Source of the DNA: an uncultured Candidatus Saccharibacteria bacterium
Lineage (GTDB): Bacteria; Patescibacteriota; Saccharimonadia; Saccharimonadales; Saccharimonadaceae
Assembly (NCBI GenBank): GCA_946538495.1
Contig: CAMNGP010000001.1
Coordinates: forward strand, 121,156-185,155
Reading direction: 5' to 3'
DNA: 64,000 nucleotides
The position numbers and the translations under genes were made by a program. The notes below the pieces were generated by a model. It did no database searches. It was not told the DNA's origin and saw nothing but the letters and a program-made list of their open reading frames with translations. This document shows positions 50,689-60,745 of the stretch, one piece after another (the first letter of the stretch is position 1; each line of letters opens with the position of its first letter).

Positions 50689-50716
50689 ATGTCGCACAAT
50701 GCATATTTTAGGACAT
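50689..50716. other. Candidate dif (Xer recombination) site
   Basis: 11-6-11 layout ATGTCGCACAA-TGCATA-TTTTAGGACAT at the switch in gene orientation. Confidence 0.55.
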
Positions 50717-51235
50717 TGCGCTTATGGATTTTAGACGGTTAAGTTATCGTCTTTTAAGGCACAGTTTTGCCTGGACCGGCGGAGAATAGCTAGAACATGT
50801 AAAATGAGTTGGACGTTATTGGACATTTTACACTTCAGCTAAAGCTTATTTCGCGCCAGGATATTTACTCATATTCTAAACAGAAGTTTTTATACTTCAC
50901 ACTAGATAAGGATCTCGCTTAAAAAAACTTCTTAAAACATGAGTAAATATCTTAGCTTATAAAGTGTGGCGCAAATATTAAATATTAAATATTAATCAAC
51001 ACCCCGTATATCTGTTTGTATCTGTCACCCCTGTTACATCTTAAAGTTTTCCACAGCCAAAATCTAAATTTGACTTTTCCCCTTTTATGTTCCCCTATTT
51101 CCCTATTTTCTCCTGTTTATGCTGAGGTTTGCCCTGCCTTCATCCATTCAAGCATCTTTCTTATACCGAACAAATACCGAACATGGAAAGAGAATAGGGT
51201 ACTAGAACAAAAACCGAACAATTCCCTGTTGTTTA

Positions 51236-51433
51236 TTAGGCAAGGAGCTTTAAGACGTCAATTTTTTCTTGCTTTTCAGATATCATTCTCAATGATTCCT
51301 GGCCATCTTTTTCAACTATTTCTGCGGTGAGAATTTCCAATGGATCATTTACCGTGGATAATAATGCATATTTTTTCCCATTTTCCTGTACAATTTTTGT
51401 GAAGGCATAATATCTACCATCTGAAAATGACAT
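51236..51433 (-). CDS. Small hypothetical protein
   Basis: GAAGGGG SD; follows the upstream ORF; start could be 51460. Confidence 0.55.
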   Translation of the reverse strand: MSFSDGRYYAFTKIVQENGKKYALLSTVNDPLEILTAEIVEKDGQESLRMISEKQEKIDVLKLLA

Positions 51434-51452
51434 GATTCCCCCTTCTTCATAT

Positions 51453-52715
51453 TTAGGCATTTTGAGCTCCCTCCATTTCTTGCGTTATTATGTCTGAATA
51501 GTCTACCCAACCTATTTGAGATTCTTCTAGGCTTCCTAGACCAATGTGAATTTTTGTTCCTCTAGCTAGTTCTTCCACGGAATAGCCAGTTCTTTCCGAT
51601 ACTTCCTGAAGATAATCTCCCAATGCAACTCCTTCTTTCCATGTGACATTGGCATCAACAACCTCGTGCGTTTCTGGATCAAGTACTGAAAAGCTTTGAA
51701 TTGTGTATTCTGTGCCTGCCGGCAACTCCGCGCTCTCACCGATTGTTCCGACAGAATTTGCTCCCCCATATTGGTAGTCGCTAGATTCGTGAACCATTAC
51801 GCCACTCGGCATGTAATATGTATCGCCAATACTGACCCCTCTGAGCCTGGATTCCGCTTCTTCTTGTAAATCCTCTGGTGAAACAATTGGCGTATCATGA
51901 TTTTCTATTTGACCGCTAATCTGAGTTCCAAATGGCGGCTGATCTGGTATCGGGTTGTCAATGGCCCTTACGGCGGGAGACGGAATGAACGAAGTCAATA
52001 ACAGAGATAGAGTGAGGGCGATAATCGGGATAATTCTCTTTGCCCTATCTGCTAAGTTTTCTCTAGCTTGCGCCGGCATTTCTTTTGGTGAAATATAGGT
52101 TGTAGGTTGCGGATGAACTTCTTTGGTTTCAACAAACATGTAGTTTTCTAGCGCTTTCACTACTATGCCACTAGGCAAAAACAGCCCGTTAGAAATCTCT
52201 GGTCCATTTTTCCCTAATATGAAAATAGTTCGCGAGTCTATTTGGTCACCGCTAAATAGCGTAGCGGTTTTTATATCGCCTCGAGACGGATTATCTTCGA
52301 CCCTTATGCTAGCTCCATCTTTCTGCCCTGCTCTGATTTCTTCTATAAGCTCGCCCGAAGATAATTCTCCAGGTGGAGACACACGTTCAATTGTCGTCCC
52401 TTCTGGTTGGCCCTGTAAAGATTCATCTATTTGGCTTCTGAGATCCTCCATGGAAACAAATTCATCTGGATCTGGCCTGCCCCCTCTTTTTCCCCTGAAA
52501 AAAGAATTCGTTCTTTTCCCTTCGCCACCTCTTCCAAAAACCTTATTATCTAAATCGTTTCTCCCTTCGCCGTATTTTGTTCCGCTATCACTCGTGACAA
52601 TTCGGGATGCTTTCTCTGGGTCAAATGGGATTTCGTGCTCTATTCTTTTCCATTCACCGCCAGAATCAGAGCCTTTCTCATCATAATTACCTGGATTGTC
52701 AATTTTTTCTCCCAT
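51453..52715 (-). CDS. Hypothetical membrane protein
   Basis: AGGAGG SD; central TM; acidic C-terminal domain. Confidence 0.75.
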   Translation of the reverse strand: MGEKIDNPGNYDEKGSDSGGEWKRIEHEIPFDPEKASRIVTSDSGTKYGEGRNDLDNKVFGRGGEGKRTNSFFRGKRGGRPDPDEFVSMEDLRSQIDESLQGQPEGTTIERVSPPGELSSGELIEEIRAGQKDGASIRVEDNPSRGDIKTATLFSGDQIDSRTIFILGKNGPEISNGLFLPSGIVVKALENYMFVETKEVHPQPTTYISPKEMPAQARENLADRAKRIIPIIALTLSLLLTSFIPSPAVRAIDNPIPDQPPFGTQISGQIENHDTPIVSPEDLQEEAESRLRGVSIGDTYYMPSGVMVHESSDYQYGGANSVGTIGESAELPAGTEYTIQSFSVLDPETHEVVDANVTWKEGVALGDYLQEVSERTGYSVEELARGTKIHIGLGSLEESQIGWVDYSDIITQEMEGAQNA

Positions 52716-52775
52716 TATTCTCCTCCTTTTTATAATAATAACATGTCAGCGATGATTATGGAAAACAATTGCTAA

Positions 52776-53390
52776 TTATTTCCAGAACGCTCTGCCTTCT
52801 GTGCGGACGTCGATATAGTTAAAATCGTGAATATCGAGACCGTTGAGATAACGTATTACGCGATCGGCATCCTCAGCAGAAACGGCCGTACCGCGGTCGA
52901 TTACTAGCTTGATAAAACCATTATAGCCATCTAGGTAAATATCTACTTCACGGATGGCACCCGACGGAATAACTGCCTTGGTGGGCTTGTAGCCAAGGTC
53001 GCGAAAATCCTTTTCTGCTTGACCGACATATAACTTCATGCGGTTTGTGATTCTGCTACCAGACGCAGCATCTTCGTCGATAACTTCAATCGTGGGATTG
53101 TAAACTATTTCTGGTTCTTGCACGATAGGCGCGGGCTCCTCTTTGATGAATGAACGACTAATAGCGACTAAAATAGCCACAAGAACCACAAAGCCAATGG
53201 CAGTAAAGATGATTCGTGTGGCTTTTTTGCGTTTGTCCTTTTTGCGGGCCGCAGCGCGTTCGTTGGCGGTCTCTAGTCGTTCCCTTTTTTCGCCAATGGT
53301 GCGACCAGAATAAAAACTCGAGTTTCGATTAGCGCGCCGATGAACTAATTTTGGTGGCGTAGGTTCGTTTTTAGTAGGTTCCTTCCCCAC
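52776..53390 (-). CDS. FtsQ/DivIB-like cell division protein
   Basis: Basic N-terminus, TM, C-terminal YIDVR; follows murG. Confidence 0.7.
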   Translation of the reverse strand: MGKEPTKNEPTPPKLVHRRANRNSSFYSGRTIGEKRERLETANERAAARKKDKRKKATRIIFTAIGFVVLVAILVAISRSFIKEEPAPIVQEPEIVYNPTIEVIDEDAASGSRITNRMKLYVGQAEKDFRDLGYKPTKAVIPSGAIREVDIYLDGYNGFIKLVIDRGTAVSAEDADRVIRYLNGLDIHDFNYIDVRTEGRAFWK

Positions 53391-53394
53391 CTCG

Positions 53395-54624
53395 TTAGGC
53401 CTCCTCTAAGATGATTTGGGCTAAACGAGCGGCAGCATCAGCACGAGCCTCGGTATGAAGACGATCGGCCATATCAGCGCGAAGGCGTGGAGATTTAATA
53501 AGATGACGAATCTCGTCTAAAAGCAGTTCTGGTTTTTCGACCATCTTTGAATCATAGATTACGGCTGCGGCGTTGGCGTCTTTTAGGCGATCAGCATTTT
53601 TGACTTGGTGTCCGCCGGGCAAACGTTCAAAAGGCACCAAGATAGTTGCTTTTCCCAGGGCGGCCATTTCGGCTATAGTAGTGGCCCCGGCTCGTGAAAC
53701 GACAACGTCGGCAGCTCCCATTAATTCATTCATAGTGGTATTGAATTCCCACATTCTAAAATTCGATTCTAGACTGGCTTTATCCCAGTTTTCGTACTTC
53801 TTGAGATCTATCATTGACTCGTAGTGTTTGCGCCCAGCAACTAGCCCCACAGATGCAATCTTTAGTAAATCTGGTAAGATTGCGCGCGTGGCTTCGTTTA
53901 AGTTCTCAGAACCTTGAGAGCCGCCAGTTATTACGACCAGAGGTTTTTCAGGATTAAAAGAAAAAGCTTTTTTAAGAGCTAGCTGCTTAGTTAAACTCAC
54001 TGACTTAAACTCCGCCCCAACAGGAATGCCAGTCCAGACGTAATTTGGATGAGCGGCTAATGTTTCCTCTGAAAGGGGCATACCGAAGGCTACTTTCTTA
54101 GCATTTTTCATTAAAATTCGGTTAGCTAAGCCAGCAACGGCATCTGACTCGTGGATGATGTAAGGGATTTTGAATAATTTAGCCACCAAACCAACTGGTA
54201 AGCAAACATAGCCACCTTTCAAAAAGATAATATTAGGGCGATTTTTGGCTGGGCAAAGCCGAATGAAGCTAGTGGTTAGTCCGCAAAGGAAGCCAAAAAA
54301 GCCTAAAATATTGCCAATGATAAGATCTTTTAATGTAATACCAAAGTGAACAAAATAATCACGAAATGACCAGTTGGCGTAGCGATGAAATTTGCCAGCA
54401 GGCAGGCGACGCACGCGTATGTAGGTTGATTTGCGAGAAGTTTTTTTGTCTTCGCCCCAGGGAATGCCTATCTCCGTGGTAAGCTTAGTAACGTTTTTAT
54501 AATACTTAAAGTCAGTCCAAAATTCGACCTCGGCACGAGGTTTTTTGACTATTATTTCACGAACTACGGCGACGGCTGGAGTAACGTGACCCCCGGACCC
54601 CCCGCCGACTACTAATATCTTCAT
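53395..54624 (-). CDS. murG: UDP-GlcNAc:lipid I transferase
   Basis: GGGSGGH, HESD, GGSQG, SRAGATT, HQVKNA. Confidence 0.95.
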   Translation of the reverse strand: MKILVVGGGSGGHVTPAVAVVREIIVKKPRAEVEFWTDFKYYKNVTKLTTEIGIPWGEDKKTSRKSTYIRVRRLPAGKFHRYANWSFRDYFVHFGITLKDLIIGNILGFFGFLCGLTTSFIRLCPAKNRPNIIFLKGGYVCLPVGLVAKLFKIPYIIHESDAVAGLANRILMKNAKKVAFGMPLSEETLAAHPNYVWTGIPVGAEFKSVSLTKQLALKKAFSFNPEKPLVVITGGSQGSENLNEATRAILPDLLKIASVGLVAGRKHYESMIDLKKYENWDKASLESNFRMWEFNTTMNELMGAADVVVSRAGATTIAEMAALGKATILVPFERLPGGHQVKNADRLKDANAAAVIYDSKMVEKPELLLDEIRHLIKSPRLRADMADRLHTEARADAAARLAQIILEEA

Positions 54625-55789
54625 TTGCTATTACCTCCCTACTAGTATAACATGAAAGTTGCAAAACGAGGCCGATAGCAAAAGCAATAAAGATCATGCT
54701 AGTGCCACCATAAGAAAGAAGCGGTAATGTTATACCAGTTACTGGGATGAGCGAAGTCATTGCCATGATATTTACGACAACTTGCGCTAACATCCATGAA
54801 AACACGCCAATTACAAACAATCGATTATTAGATTCACTGGTACCCTCGGCGACCTTCAGTATCCGTAAGAGCATCAAACCAAAAATAGCTATTATTAAAA
54901 ATAGACCGACAAAACCGAAAGTTTCCCCCATAATCGCGAAGACCGAGTCGTTAATCGATTCTGGTAAATAGCCCGTGGCTTGAACAGAATTGCCAATACC
55001 GACGCCGAAAAAACCACCTACGCCAATGGCCATCATGGCGTTTTCGATATGGTAGGTTGAATCCGTGCTTTCACTACCCGTAAGGGTGGCTATCCAGGCG
55101 TCTACTCGCTGCATACGATGCGAGGAAGTGGCTACTGCGGCCACTGAGACCACCAGCACGACTGCAATCATGATAAGGTACTGTCTAGCTGGAATACCAG
55201 ACATTAGCATCATACCAAAAATAATCGCAATTAAAGCTACGCCGCTACCTAAATCACCTTGGGCTACTACCACAAGAGCGAGAGAGGCGCCACAGACGAT
55301 CAGGAATGGCAGCCAGAACTCACGCCATTTACCGATATTCCCTTCTGTTTTTTTGCGCGTGAGAAAATCGGCGAGATAAACAATCAAAGCTAGTTTGAGA
55401 AATTCGGCGGGCTGAAAACTAACAACGCCAAGATTAAACCAACGGCATTCGCCGAGCTCACATTTGGCTAGTGACGAGCCAGCTTTAGCGAGCACCCAAA
55501 GAATCGCGGACATTAAAATGGCCGCTATCATGAGGGGTTTGGCGTACTTTTGCAGATACTTATAAGGTATAACTTTGAAGGCTAAAAAGAACGCTGCCAA
55601 AGATAAGATTACAGAACGAAGTTGACCCAAAAAGAATGAATTTGGGTCATAATCAGTGCCATAGGTAGAGTTAAGAACATTTGCGCGCATAGGACCTATA
55701 GCGTAGATAACAATTAGGCCTAGCGCCATTAGACCTAGAGTTGCAAACAGAATAATTAGGTCTGATTTATGTTTGCGATTTTTATGCAT
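54557..55789 (-). CDS. ftsW: SEDS peptidoglycan polymerase FtsW/RodA
   Basis: FQPAEFLK, DLGS, YLPESINDSVF, TGITLPLLSYGG. Confidence 0.92.
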   Translation of the reverse strand: MHKNRKHKSDLIILFATLGLMALGLIVIYAIGPMRANVLNSTYGTDYDPNSFFLGQLRSVILSLAAFFLAFKVIPYKYLQKYAKPLMIAAILMSAILWVLAKAGSSLAKCELGECRWFNLGVVSFQPAEFLKLALIVYLADFLTRKKTEGNIGKWREFWLPFLIVCGASLALVVVAQGDLGSGVALIAIIFGMMLMSGIPARQYLIMIAVVLVVSVAAVATSSHRMQRVDAWIATLTGSESTDSTYHIENAMMAIGVGGFFGVGIGNSVQATGYLPESINDSVFAIMGETFGFVGLFLIIAIFGLMLLRILKVAEGTSESNNRLFVIGVFSWMLAQVVVNIMAMTSLIPVTGITLPLLSYGGTSMIFIAFAIGLVLQLSCYTSREVIANEDISSRRGVRGSRYSSRRRSS

Positions 55790-56811
55790 TAAATTGCGCC
55801 CCCAGTGGCGGCGATGAATACGCCCACAATAGCACAAACACCGGCAATAATCCAAAATCGCATAACAATTTTGGCTTCGCCCCACCCTATAGCTTCGAGA
55901 TGATGATGTAGCGGCGCAGAAATAAAGACCTTTTTATGGAAGATTTTTTTGGAAATTAGCTGAATTAAGCTAGATGCCGTTTCGACTACGGCTGGCAAAC
56001 AAATGATTGGCAATAAGAGGAATGAGTTAGTCATCATAGCTACAACACCGAGGCCAGCCCCAAGCGCAAAGGAGCCGGTGTCGCCCATCATAAAACGAGC
56101 TGGTGGAACATTAAACCAGATGTAACTAAGTAGCCAACCTACTACGGTCATACAAAAGCCGAACAGGAGCATATTGTTCTGAAAGAGAGCAATTACACCA
56201 AAAGCGGCGTAGGCTAGCATCGCCAATCCACCAGATAGGCCATCCAGGCCGTCGGTAATATTGACGGCATTAGACGTGGCCACGACCGCAAACGCAAAGA
56301 TTAATACCGTTGGAATGATGCCAATTTCAAAATCAGCAACAAAAGGTATCATAATAGTTGTCCAACCTAATTTGACGGCAAAAAACCATCCCAGGACTAG
56401 GCCGACCACCGAAATTAGGAAGAACTTAACTGGACCACGTAAACCCGCTGCGCCACGACCAGAGCCAAAAATATTGATGACATCGTCGATCACACCTACT
56501 AGAGCGCCCCCCAAAAATCCAACCAATGGCAGCCACGTCTGCCCACGATCTAGATTAAAGCTCCAGGTGACAGCCGTAACAGAAATTACACCAATAAGAC
56601 CAGCCATGGTAGGAAAAACATGCTTAAACTTGTGGGCATGGAGCTTGGTCATAACTGGCAAAGCTTGACCATCGACAGTAGTTTTTTTCTGTTTTTTCCA
56701 AAACTTATATTTATATGCAAAGTGAGTGTAGAATGGCGTGAGCACCATTGAGAATAGGAAGCCAGCTAACGCAAGCAATAATCCGTAGAATATTTCATCG
56801 TTGATATTCAT
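55789..56811 (-). CDS. mraY: Phospho-MurNAc-pentapeptide transferase
   Basis: PTMAG, IDD, NAVNITDGLDGL, FMMGDTGS, APLHHH. Confidence 0.95.
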   Translation of the reverse strand: MNINDEIFYGLLLALAGFLFSMVLTPFYTHFAYKYKFWKKQKKTTVDGQALPVMTKLHAHKFKHVFPTMAGLIGVISVTAVTWSFNLDRGQTWLPLVGFLGGALVGVIDDVINIFGSGRGAAGLRGPVKFFLISVVGLVLGWFFAVKLGWTTIMIPFVADFEIGIIPTVLIFAFAVVATSNAVNITDGLDGLSGGLAMLAYAAFGVIALFQNNMLLFGFCMTVVGWLLSYIWFNVPPARFMMGDTGSFALGAGLGVVAMMTNSFLLLPIICLPAVVETASSLIQLISKKIFHKKVFISAPLHHHLEAIGWGEAKIVMRFWIIAGVCAIVGVFIAATGGAI

Positions 56812-56824
56812 AATTATTATTATA

Positions 56825-58576
56825 CTACGCTCCTGGTTTAATTTTATAATAATCAATTAAGTAATTCGACACAGTATCAAATAGATTGCTAGCAATGCCA
56901 CCATCTAGATAATGCCCCTCCCCCCACATCTTGGCCATAATTATGTATTTTGGTAATTCCCCTTCGGTAGCGACAAAGCCAATATAGGTACCAACAGTTT
57001 CGCTCATGGTGTCATCGTAGGCGCCATCTTTGATAACTTGAGCGGTGCCAGATTTTCCACCAACCGCATAGCCAGCCCTATCGATACCAGCGCGTACTTT
57101 GTAATTACGGTTGTTAACTAGCATGTCGCGCATCATGGCTGAGGTCTCATCGGAGAGAATCTTGTCTTCGACGGGAGCCTCGGATGTTAGAGGCTCAATT
57201 TTGTTATTCGCGAGTATTCCTTCTACGACTGTAGGCGTGCGCCAGTAGCCGCCATTAACTACAGCGGAAAAAGCCGTGGCGGTTTGGATCATTGTAATAC
57301 CTAGGTTTTGACCAAAAGTCATATTAGCATAAACAGAGTCGCGCCCCCAGCCCTCGTTAGGATCCGGAATAAAACCTTCAGCTTCAATTATTTCTATGCC
57401 AGTAGCACGGCCGAGACGGAACTTGTTGTAATAATAATCGTAGAGTTTTTCGCGGCCCGCTTGGGTTATGGAATTCGGATTACCACCAAGCAGCTTCAGA
57501 GCATGAATCGAGCCAGTGTTAAGCGACCAATACAAAGCCGTTTTCATATCTATCGTGCCATAAAGAATACTACGCTGCTCGGCGTTTTGAATCTTCCAGC
57601 CATCGACAATCTCGTAGCCTTGATTAAAATAAGTGGTACTCGGCAACATCACGCCCTCGTTGATGGCAGCGGAAAATGCGAAGTTCTTACAGACTGAGGC
57701 TGGCTCGTACGGTACTTCTGTCGTGTAATTGACGTAGGCCGATGCATCAGCAACGTTGCCATAGTCACTAGGGTTATAATTTGGTAGATTTGCCATGGCT
57801 ACTACTTTTCCGGTATTAGCCTCCATTACTAAAACTGAAGCGTTAGTGGCGGCAGTTTTATCTATTTCGGCAAGCGCCAAATCCTCAACTCCTTTTTCAA
57901 GGCTGCGGTCGATTGATAAAACGATATTCTTGCCATCTTCAGCGGGGATTTTGATATTGTCGTTGCCGATTGAAAGGGCGACCTTGTTGATGTCGGCGGT
58001 AGTTTTTAATAATCCTTCTTTCCCTGCCAATAAATTGCCAAGTGAACCTTCTACGCCGTATTGACCAACACCATCCGCATTAACAAAACCAAGTAGCCCT
58101 GAAGCTAATTCACCTTCTGGATAAACTCGTTGATTGGTTTTTTTGAGCCAGACGGCAGGAGCGCCCGATTCTGCGATTTTTTCAGCTGTAGTACGAGGAA
58201 TATTTTTGGCAACAATTGCATAGCGTAGCCCTTCCTGTCCATAGATCTCGTCTAAGTCTGCAGCCTGGTAATCTTTGGCATATTCTTTCATAACGTCTTC
58301 AATGACCGATTTCTCAGTGACTGCTGGGTCGATGACGATTTGGTAGGTTGATTGGTTCAATACTATCGCCACCGGATCACCTTTGTCCAACATATACACT
58401 TCCCCTCTCTTAGGAGTAATGGTTTCGAGCAAAGTGTGCTGAGCATCGGCTTTGGCAACCCAGCTTTGGTGCTCGACGATTTGAATGAAAAATAGTCGCA
58501 CCACAATAATTGCAAGTGCAACTAAGACAATACTTCGTAAGATTTGATATTTTGTGGGTTGCTTATTCTGCGACAT
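56825..58576 (-). CDS. ftsI: Class B penicillin-binding protein (FtsI-like)
   Basis: RVYP, GQYGVE, EPASVCK (SxxK), SLN (SxN), KSGTAQ. Confidence 0.9.
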   Translation of the reverse strand: MSQNKQPTKYQILRSIVLVALAIIVVRLFFIQIVEHQSWVAKADAQHTLLETITPKRGEVYMLDKGDPVAIVLNQSTYQIVIDPAVTEKSVIEDVMKEYAKDYQAADLDEIYGQEGLRYAIVAKNIPRTTAEKIAESGAPAVWLKKTNQRVYPEGELASGLLGFVNADGVGQYGVEGSLGNLLAGKEGLLKTTADINKVALSIGNDNIKIPAEDGKNIVLSIDRSLEKGVEDLALAEIDKTAATNASVLVMEANTGKVVAMANLPNYNPSDYGNVADASAYVNYTTEVPYEPASVCKNFAFSAAINEGVMLPSTTYFNQGYEIVDGWKIQNAEQRSILYGTIDMKTALYWSLNTGSIHALKLLGGNPNSITQAGREKLYDYYYNKFRLGRATGIEIIEAEGFIPDPNEGWGRDSVYANMTFGQNLGITMIQTATAFSAVVNGGYWRTPTVVEGILANNKIEPLTSEAPVEDKILSDETSAMMRDMLVNNRNYKVRAGIDRAGYAVGGKSGTAQVIKDGAYDDTMSETVGTYIGFVATEGELPKYIIMAKMWGEGHYLDGGIASNLFDTVSNYLIDYYKIKPGA

Positions 58577-58910
58577 AACCAGTTACCGTCGCGTGCTCCA
58601 TAGCCGCAGCGACAGTGCTGTTTTTAGCTGTTGCTACGGAGGTCAGACGCGCCTTTTCTACTGCAAGATCCTCTAATCTGGCAGACATTTCAGTGATTTC
58701 CGATTCAACGGAGGATAATTCATAATCAAAACTAGTAGCTTTGGTGCCTTCGGCAACATAAATTAAGGCAAAAACTAAGGTTAACATACCAATAATAATG
58801 ATTTGGGAGATTGATCCAAGATTTCTTTTGGTGTGACGAATGGTATTACGGTTGCGTGCAAAGCTGTTGCCGACAACTTGTCGCCTGGTGACGTAAGTTT
58901 GACTTATCAT
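58563..58910 (-). CDS. FtsL-like protein
   Basis: TM followed by coiled coil; lies between rsmH and ftsI. Confidence 0.7.
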   Translation of the reverse strand: MISQTYVTRRQVVGNSFARNRNTIRHTKRNLGSISQIIIIGMLTLVFALIYVAEGTKATSFDYELSSVESEITEMSARLEDLAVEKARLTSVATAKNSTVAAAMEHATVTGYVAE

Positions 58911-58924
58911 TATTTTTGTTATCC

Positions 58925-59165
58925 TCGCTATGTTTATTTTTGTTTTATTATTCTTTCCTTTCTTAGTCCGGGGGCTTTTATGAGCAGAGCTATAAGTAAC
59001 TCATAAAAGCTTGTCCCGGGAAGGTCATACACTCCACACTCTCCGTGTGAAACTCTAAATTGGCGGACCTTAAAGGCCCATGTCATTCGTTTGATTTATC
59101 TTCTAAATATTGGGGTCGTGACGTTTCCTGTCACCAAAGGTCACTCGCCCAATATTTAGTTTAAG
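58925..59165 (-). ncRNA. Structured intergenic leader inside the dcw operon
   Basis: Four hairpins, including ctaaatattggg/cccaatatttag and gcttttatgag/ctcataaaagc. Confidence 0.5.
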
Positions 59166-59168
59166 AAT

Positions 59169-59234
59169 TTAACGAAAGTGAACTTTGATGGTTTGTTTGC
59201 GAGACTTGTTCGCTACTAATATTTGCTTTGGCAT
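59169..59234 (-). CDS. 21-aa small ORF MPKQILVANKSRKQTIKVHFR (leader peptide candidate)
   Basis: AAGGAGG SD 4 nt upstream of ATG, just downstream of the rsmH stop. Confidence 0.55.
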   Translation of the reverse strand: MPKQILVANKSRKQTIKVHFR

Positions 59235-59265
59235 ATAGCCTCCTTTTTTATGTTTTTATTTTTGA

Positions 59266-60138
59266 TCAATCCTTACGAGCCGCACGAAGCTTAGCGCTTC
59301 TGGCTCTGGGGTTGATGCCTAACTCCGATTTTTCCGCAACGATTGGCTTTTTATTTATTAATCTTAATTGCGATTCTTCACCGTAACTTGCTGCTTCCTT
59401 AAAATAATCCTTTACCAACCGGTCTTCTAGACTATGAAAAGTTATTATTCCTAACCGACCGCCCTTATTCAAAACCTTTGGCAAAAGTGGCAATGTCTGC
59501 GCGATTTCGTCCAATTCCCCGTTCACAGCAATTCTTAATGCTTGAAAAATTCTTGCGGCAGGATGAGTTTTGGAGTATTTCGACTTGCTGATAATTATGT
59601 CTACGAGCTCTTTGGTGGTTTTGATTGGGCGATGATGTACGATTTCTCTTGCTAGCAGTTTCGCGCGTCCTGGCTTCTCTTCGCCATACCTAATAAAAAT
59701 ATCTGCTAGTTCCCTTTCGCTACTGTGGTTCACAATCTTTTCCGCCGTTAATTCTTGTCGCCTGTCCATACGCATGTCTAGTGGTCCATCATGATGATAC
59801 GAAAAACCCCTACTATCCATATCTAGTTGCGGAGAAGAAACTCCAAAATCTGCAAGTATTATGTCAAAAGTCTTTCCACACTCGATAAGCTGTAGCACCG
59901 CACTATAAAAATCGCTATGCATGATATTGACTTCTGACGGAAATTCGCTCTTTAAATACTCAACCGCGAATTGGTCTCGATCAATAAGGCATGAATCTTT
60001 AAATTGCCGTGTCACATCCAAAATCTTACTAGCGTGACCTCCGTAACCGGCAGTCAAGTCTAAATAACTTTCTCCGGGATGCGGGTCCAAAATTGCTAGG
60101 ACTTCCGATAATAATACTGGGATATGTAGTTTCTCCAT
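59266..60138 (-). CDS. rsmH: 16S rRNA m4C1402 methyltransferase
   Basis: HIPVLL, GYGGH, GVSSPQLD, LDMRMD, FQALRIAVN, NPRARSAKLR. Confidence 0.96.
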   Translation of the reverse strand: MEKLHIPVLLSEVLAILDPHPGESYLDLTAGYGGHASKILDVTRQFKDSCLIDRDQFAVEYLKSEFPSEVNIMHSDFYSAVLQLIECGKTFDIILADFGVSSPQLDMDSRGFSYHHDGPLDMRMDRRQELTAEKIVNHSSERELADIFIRYGEEKPGRAKLLAREIVHHRPIKTTKELVDIIISKSKYSKTHPAARIFQALRIAVNGELDEIAQTLPLLPKVLNKGGRLGIITFHSLEDRLVKDYFKEAASYGEESQLRLINKKPIVAEKSELGINPRARSAKLRAARKD

Positions 60139-60745
60139 GCTATTATTATACATTGTTTGAGACCGTTCAACTAGAAACTTCAGCGGGTTTGTGTTTGATT
60201 TGATTTTTGTTTGATTCACAATATAATCCACCACGATTTACCAGCGCGAAGCTAATCTTATATCGCAGCCGTTGAGAGACTTATTGTGTATTGGTTTTTG
60301 ACCATTAATAGAGTTTTATTGGGAGGTGTGTTTTAAGGAAAGAGCGCACGATTGTTTTGACGCATCTCGCTAAATATTTAATGCGCGCTAGAGCTCCTAG
60401 TTGGCCGATCTCAAACTTTTTTAATGTACGACTTTTTGTTTAGCGTTTTTGTGTATTTATTCGCTGATTTCAGTTTATTATATTTTCCACAAAAATGCAA
60501 GAGCTTTTTTGGACTTTTTTTATGATTATGTTTTCCGCAGGTGTGGAAAACTTCTCTGTTATTTTCCCGAACAAATTAGGTTGATTTCTATTCTATTTTA
60601 TGTCATAATACCCGAACAAACAGATGTGGAGCTGCTGGTTTTTGGCTTAACTTTGTTTCCCTCTTGATTTTTAACGTAATTTGTGCTATAATATAAGTAT
60701 GTGGTCGTGCCATTCGGGCAGACCAAGAACCTCAAGGAGGAAAAA

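Noticed and set aside
54411-54480. Possible fifth intragenic palindrome in murG
   Set aside because: Only weak complementarity and no similarity to the other elements.
60139-60234. N-terminal extension of rsmH or an mraZ remnant
   Set aside because: No recognisable MraZ motifs; a TATAAT just upstream of ATG 60138 supports the shorter start.
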